DNA of 55,647 nt from Bacteroidota bacterium (GTDB taxonomy: Bacteria > Bacteroidota > Ignavibacteria > UBA10030 > UBA6906): positions 1-55,647 of the forward strand of contig JBBRUI010000002.1 in assembly GCA_038247945.1 (NCBI GenBank), in the 5' to 3' direction. The notes under the pieces were generated by a model. The model saw nothing but the letters and a program-made list of their open reading frames with translations, had not been told where the DNA came from and ran no database searches. A program made the position numbers and the translations under genes. Positions 54,503-55,647 of the stretch are shown in pieces (within the stretch, counting starts at the first letter, position 1; the number at the start of each line of letters is the position of its first letter).

Positions 54503-54529
54503 GTCCGACAGTGTCGGGCTTTTTCTTTG
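54503..54529 (+). terminator. Rho-independent terminator following the moaA relic
   Basis: Stem GTCCGAC / GTCGGGC (one G-U pair), loop AGT, then TTTTTCTTT. Confidence 0.7.
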
Positions 54530-54654
54530 ATGCCAATCTCAATCTTTCTATATTTCCCACCAGATTTTCAGGTCTGTCCGAAGGACTCCTTTGGAGAAGC
54601 CCGGTCTTTGCAATTCATTTTTTATCCCTATCCTAAATGATGGGGTTATCACTC

Positions 54655-55647
54655 ATGCCAACATTCGCTGCCATCGATGTCGGTTCAAACGCCATCCGCC
54701 TCGTCATCGGGACGGTGGATGGAGAACGCAATCTTCACATCGTCGAGAACATTCGCGAGCCTGTTCGTCTGGGCCAGGATGTGTTCACGAAAGGAACGAT
54801 CGCCGAAGAGACAATCGAAAAAGCCGCAGAGGCATTCTCCCGTTTCAAGAGCAAGATCGAAGCGCATGACGCGAAGTGGACGAAGGCCGTTGCAACGAGC
54901 GCTACACGCGAAGCGCAGAACAAAGAGATCTTCATCGACCGCATCGAGCAGGTGAGCGGAATTGAGATCAACGTTATCAGCGGCGAAGAGGAGGCACGCC
55001 TCATCCATCTTGCCGTTTCGTCGAAAATCAATTTGAAGGGCAAGCACGCCATGCTTGTCGATATCGGCGGCGGCAGCGCGGAGATCACGCTCACGTCGGA
55101 CGGACAGATTCTTTCCACCGAAAGCTACAAGATGGGATCTGTCCGCTTGCTGCAAGTGCTCGAAGAAAAAAAGCACGGCGAGAAGCACTTCAACCAGCTT
55201 GTGAATGAGTATGTGGATGCGACGCAAAAGCGGATGAAAAAAGAGTTGGGCAAAGAGAAGATAGATCTCTGCGTCGGCACCGGCGGCAATATTGAATCGC
55301 TCGGAGATTTACGAAAAGAGCTTTTCAATAAAGATAAGAACACGGTCATCACAACTGAAGAGTTGGATATTCTTGTCAAGAAGCTGCAGAGCCTGACGTA
55401 CGAAGAGCGCGTGCAACAGCTTCGCTTGCGTCCTGACAGGGCCGATGTCATCGTCCCCGCGTCGATTGTGTTGCAAAAAATTGTCAAGCAGGCAGGCGTG
55501 AACGAAGTCGAAGTTCCGGGAGTTGGCCTGAAGGACGGCCTCCTTGCGGATATGGTTCAGGAGTTGTACGGCGAGAAAAAAACTTCATCCCGCGACCAGG
55601 TGATGACTTCGGCGCTGCAACTCGGCAGAAAATATATGTTCGACGAA
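54655..55647 (+). CDS. ppx: Exopolyphosphatase / guanosine pentaphosphate phosphohydrolase (Ppx/GppA), 3' partial. Absent from the supplied ORF track because it runs off the window.
   Basis: My translation from the ATG at 54655 is open for 331 codons to the window end. It reads MPTFAAIDVGSNAIRLVIG...VATSATREAQN...ISGEEEARLIHLAV...MLVDIGGGSAEITL...GTGGNIESL...LRPDRADVIVPA, which carries the ASKHA/Ppx-GppA motifs. Confidence 0.9.
   Translation, partial: MPTFAAIDVGSNAIRLVIGTVDGERNLHIVENIREPVRLGQDVFTKGTIAEETIEKAAEAFSRFKSKIEAHDAKWTKAVATSATREAQNKEIFIDRIEQVSGIEINVISGEEEARLIHLAVSSKINLKGKHAMLVDIGGGSAEITLTSDGQILSTESYKMGSVRLLQVLEEKKHGEKHFNQLVNEYVDATQKRMKKELGKEKIDLCVGTGGNIESLGDLRKELFNKDKNTVITTEELDILVKKLQSLTYEERVQQLRLRPDRADVIVPASIVLQKIVKQAGVNEVEVPGVGLKDGLLADMVQELYGEKKTSSRDQVMTSALQLGRKYMFDE

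Noticed and set aside
54685-55227. 180-aa and 127-aa minus-strand ORFs, plus two 92-aa plus-strand off-frame ORFs
   Set aside because: Frame +1 from 54655 encodes a clear Ppx/GppA protein that is open to the window end. The listed ORFs are shadow frames of it.
1-55647. CRISPR arrays, rRNA genes, transposases, integrases and prophage genes
   Set aside because: No regularly spaced direct-repeat array is visible in any intergenic region. No ORF shows DDE, tyrosine-recombinase or serine-recombinase motifs. No rRNA-like sequence was seen.

Overview
This is a 55.6-kb chromosomal segment, most likely from the Fibrobacteres-Chlorobi-Bacteroidetes group (Ignavibacteria/Bacteroidota-like). The taxonomic guess rests on four proteins ending in the T9SS type-A sorting domain (LEQNYPNPFNPxT...GVYFYKL...KMVLIR), many lipoproteins and Bacteroidota-typical families (DUF4292, GWxTD). 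I call about 46 protein-coding genes and 3 tRNAs (Pro-UGG, Arg-UCU, Glu-UUC). There is no rRNA, no CRISPR array, and no transposase or integrase.

Gene content, left to right:
- A translationally coupled envelope operon: TPR, DUF4292 lipoprotein, M23/EnvC-like peptidase, and a membrane CHASE2 sensor fused to a sigma-54 activator.
- A candidate sigma-54 promoter with upstream direct repeats, followed by a cluster of uncharacterised envelope proteins.
- A GH9 glycosidase, a TMTC-like membrane TPR protein and three BNR/beta-propeller T9SS cargo proteins.
- A csp gene and a DEAD-box helicase, then the tRNA cluster.
- A small sugar-related cluster: PhyH dioxygenase, Gfo/Idh/MocA oxidoreductase and an FGGY/rhamnulokinase-like kinase.
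- A multi-PAS HisKA_3 kinase with a NarL-type regulator.
- An AT-richer islet carrying an unknown gene plus hicA and hicB as one operon.
- kdsC, an atypical orphan methyltransferase, and a cytoplasmic S8 protease with a CBM48 tail.
- opcA-pgl-glk-moaD-moaE-moaA, and a 3'-truncated ppx/gppA that is not in the supplied ORF track.

Most noteworthy observations:
1. The 3' end of moaA occurs twice. The copies match at about 50 of 60 nt, and most differences fall at third codon positions. They bracket a ~0.75-kb reverse-strand DUF6883 (frameshifted) / DUF4926 cassette, and the displaced copy keeps the intrinsic terminator.
2. The three-gene hicAB-plus-unknown module.
3. The CHASE2/sigma-54 activator, its putative promoter and upstream repeats, and the envelope cluster downstream.
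4. Several relics and REP-like palindromic elements.

All family assignments come from motif recognition by eye. None has been confirmed by a database search.
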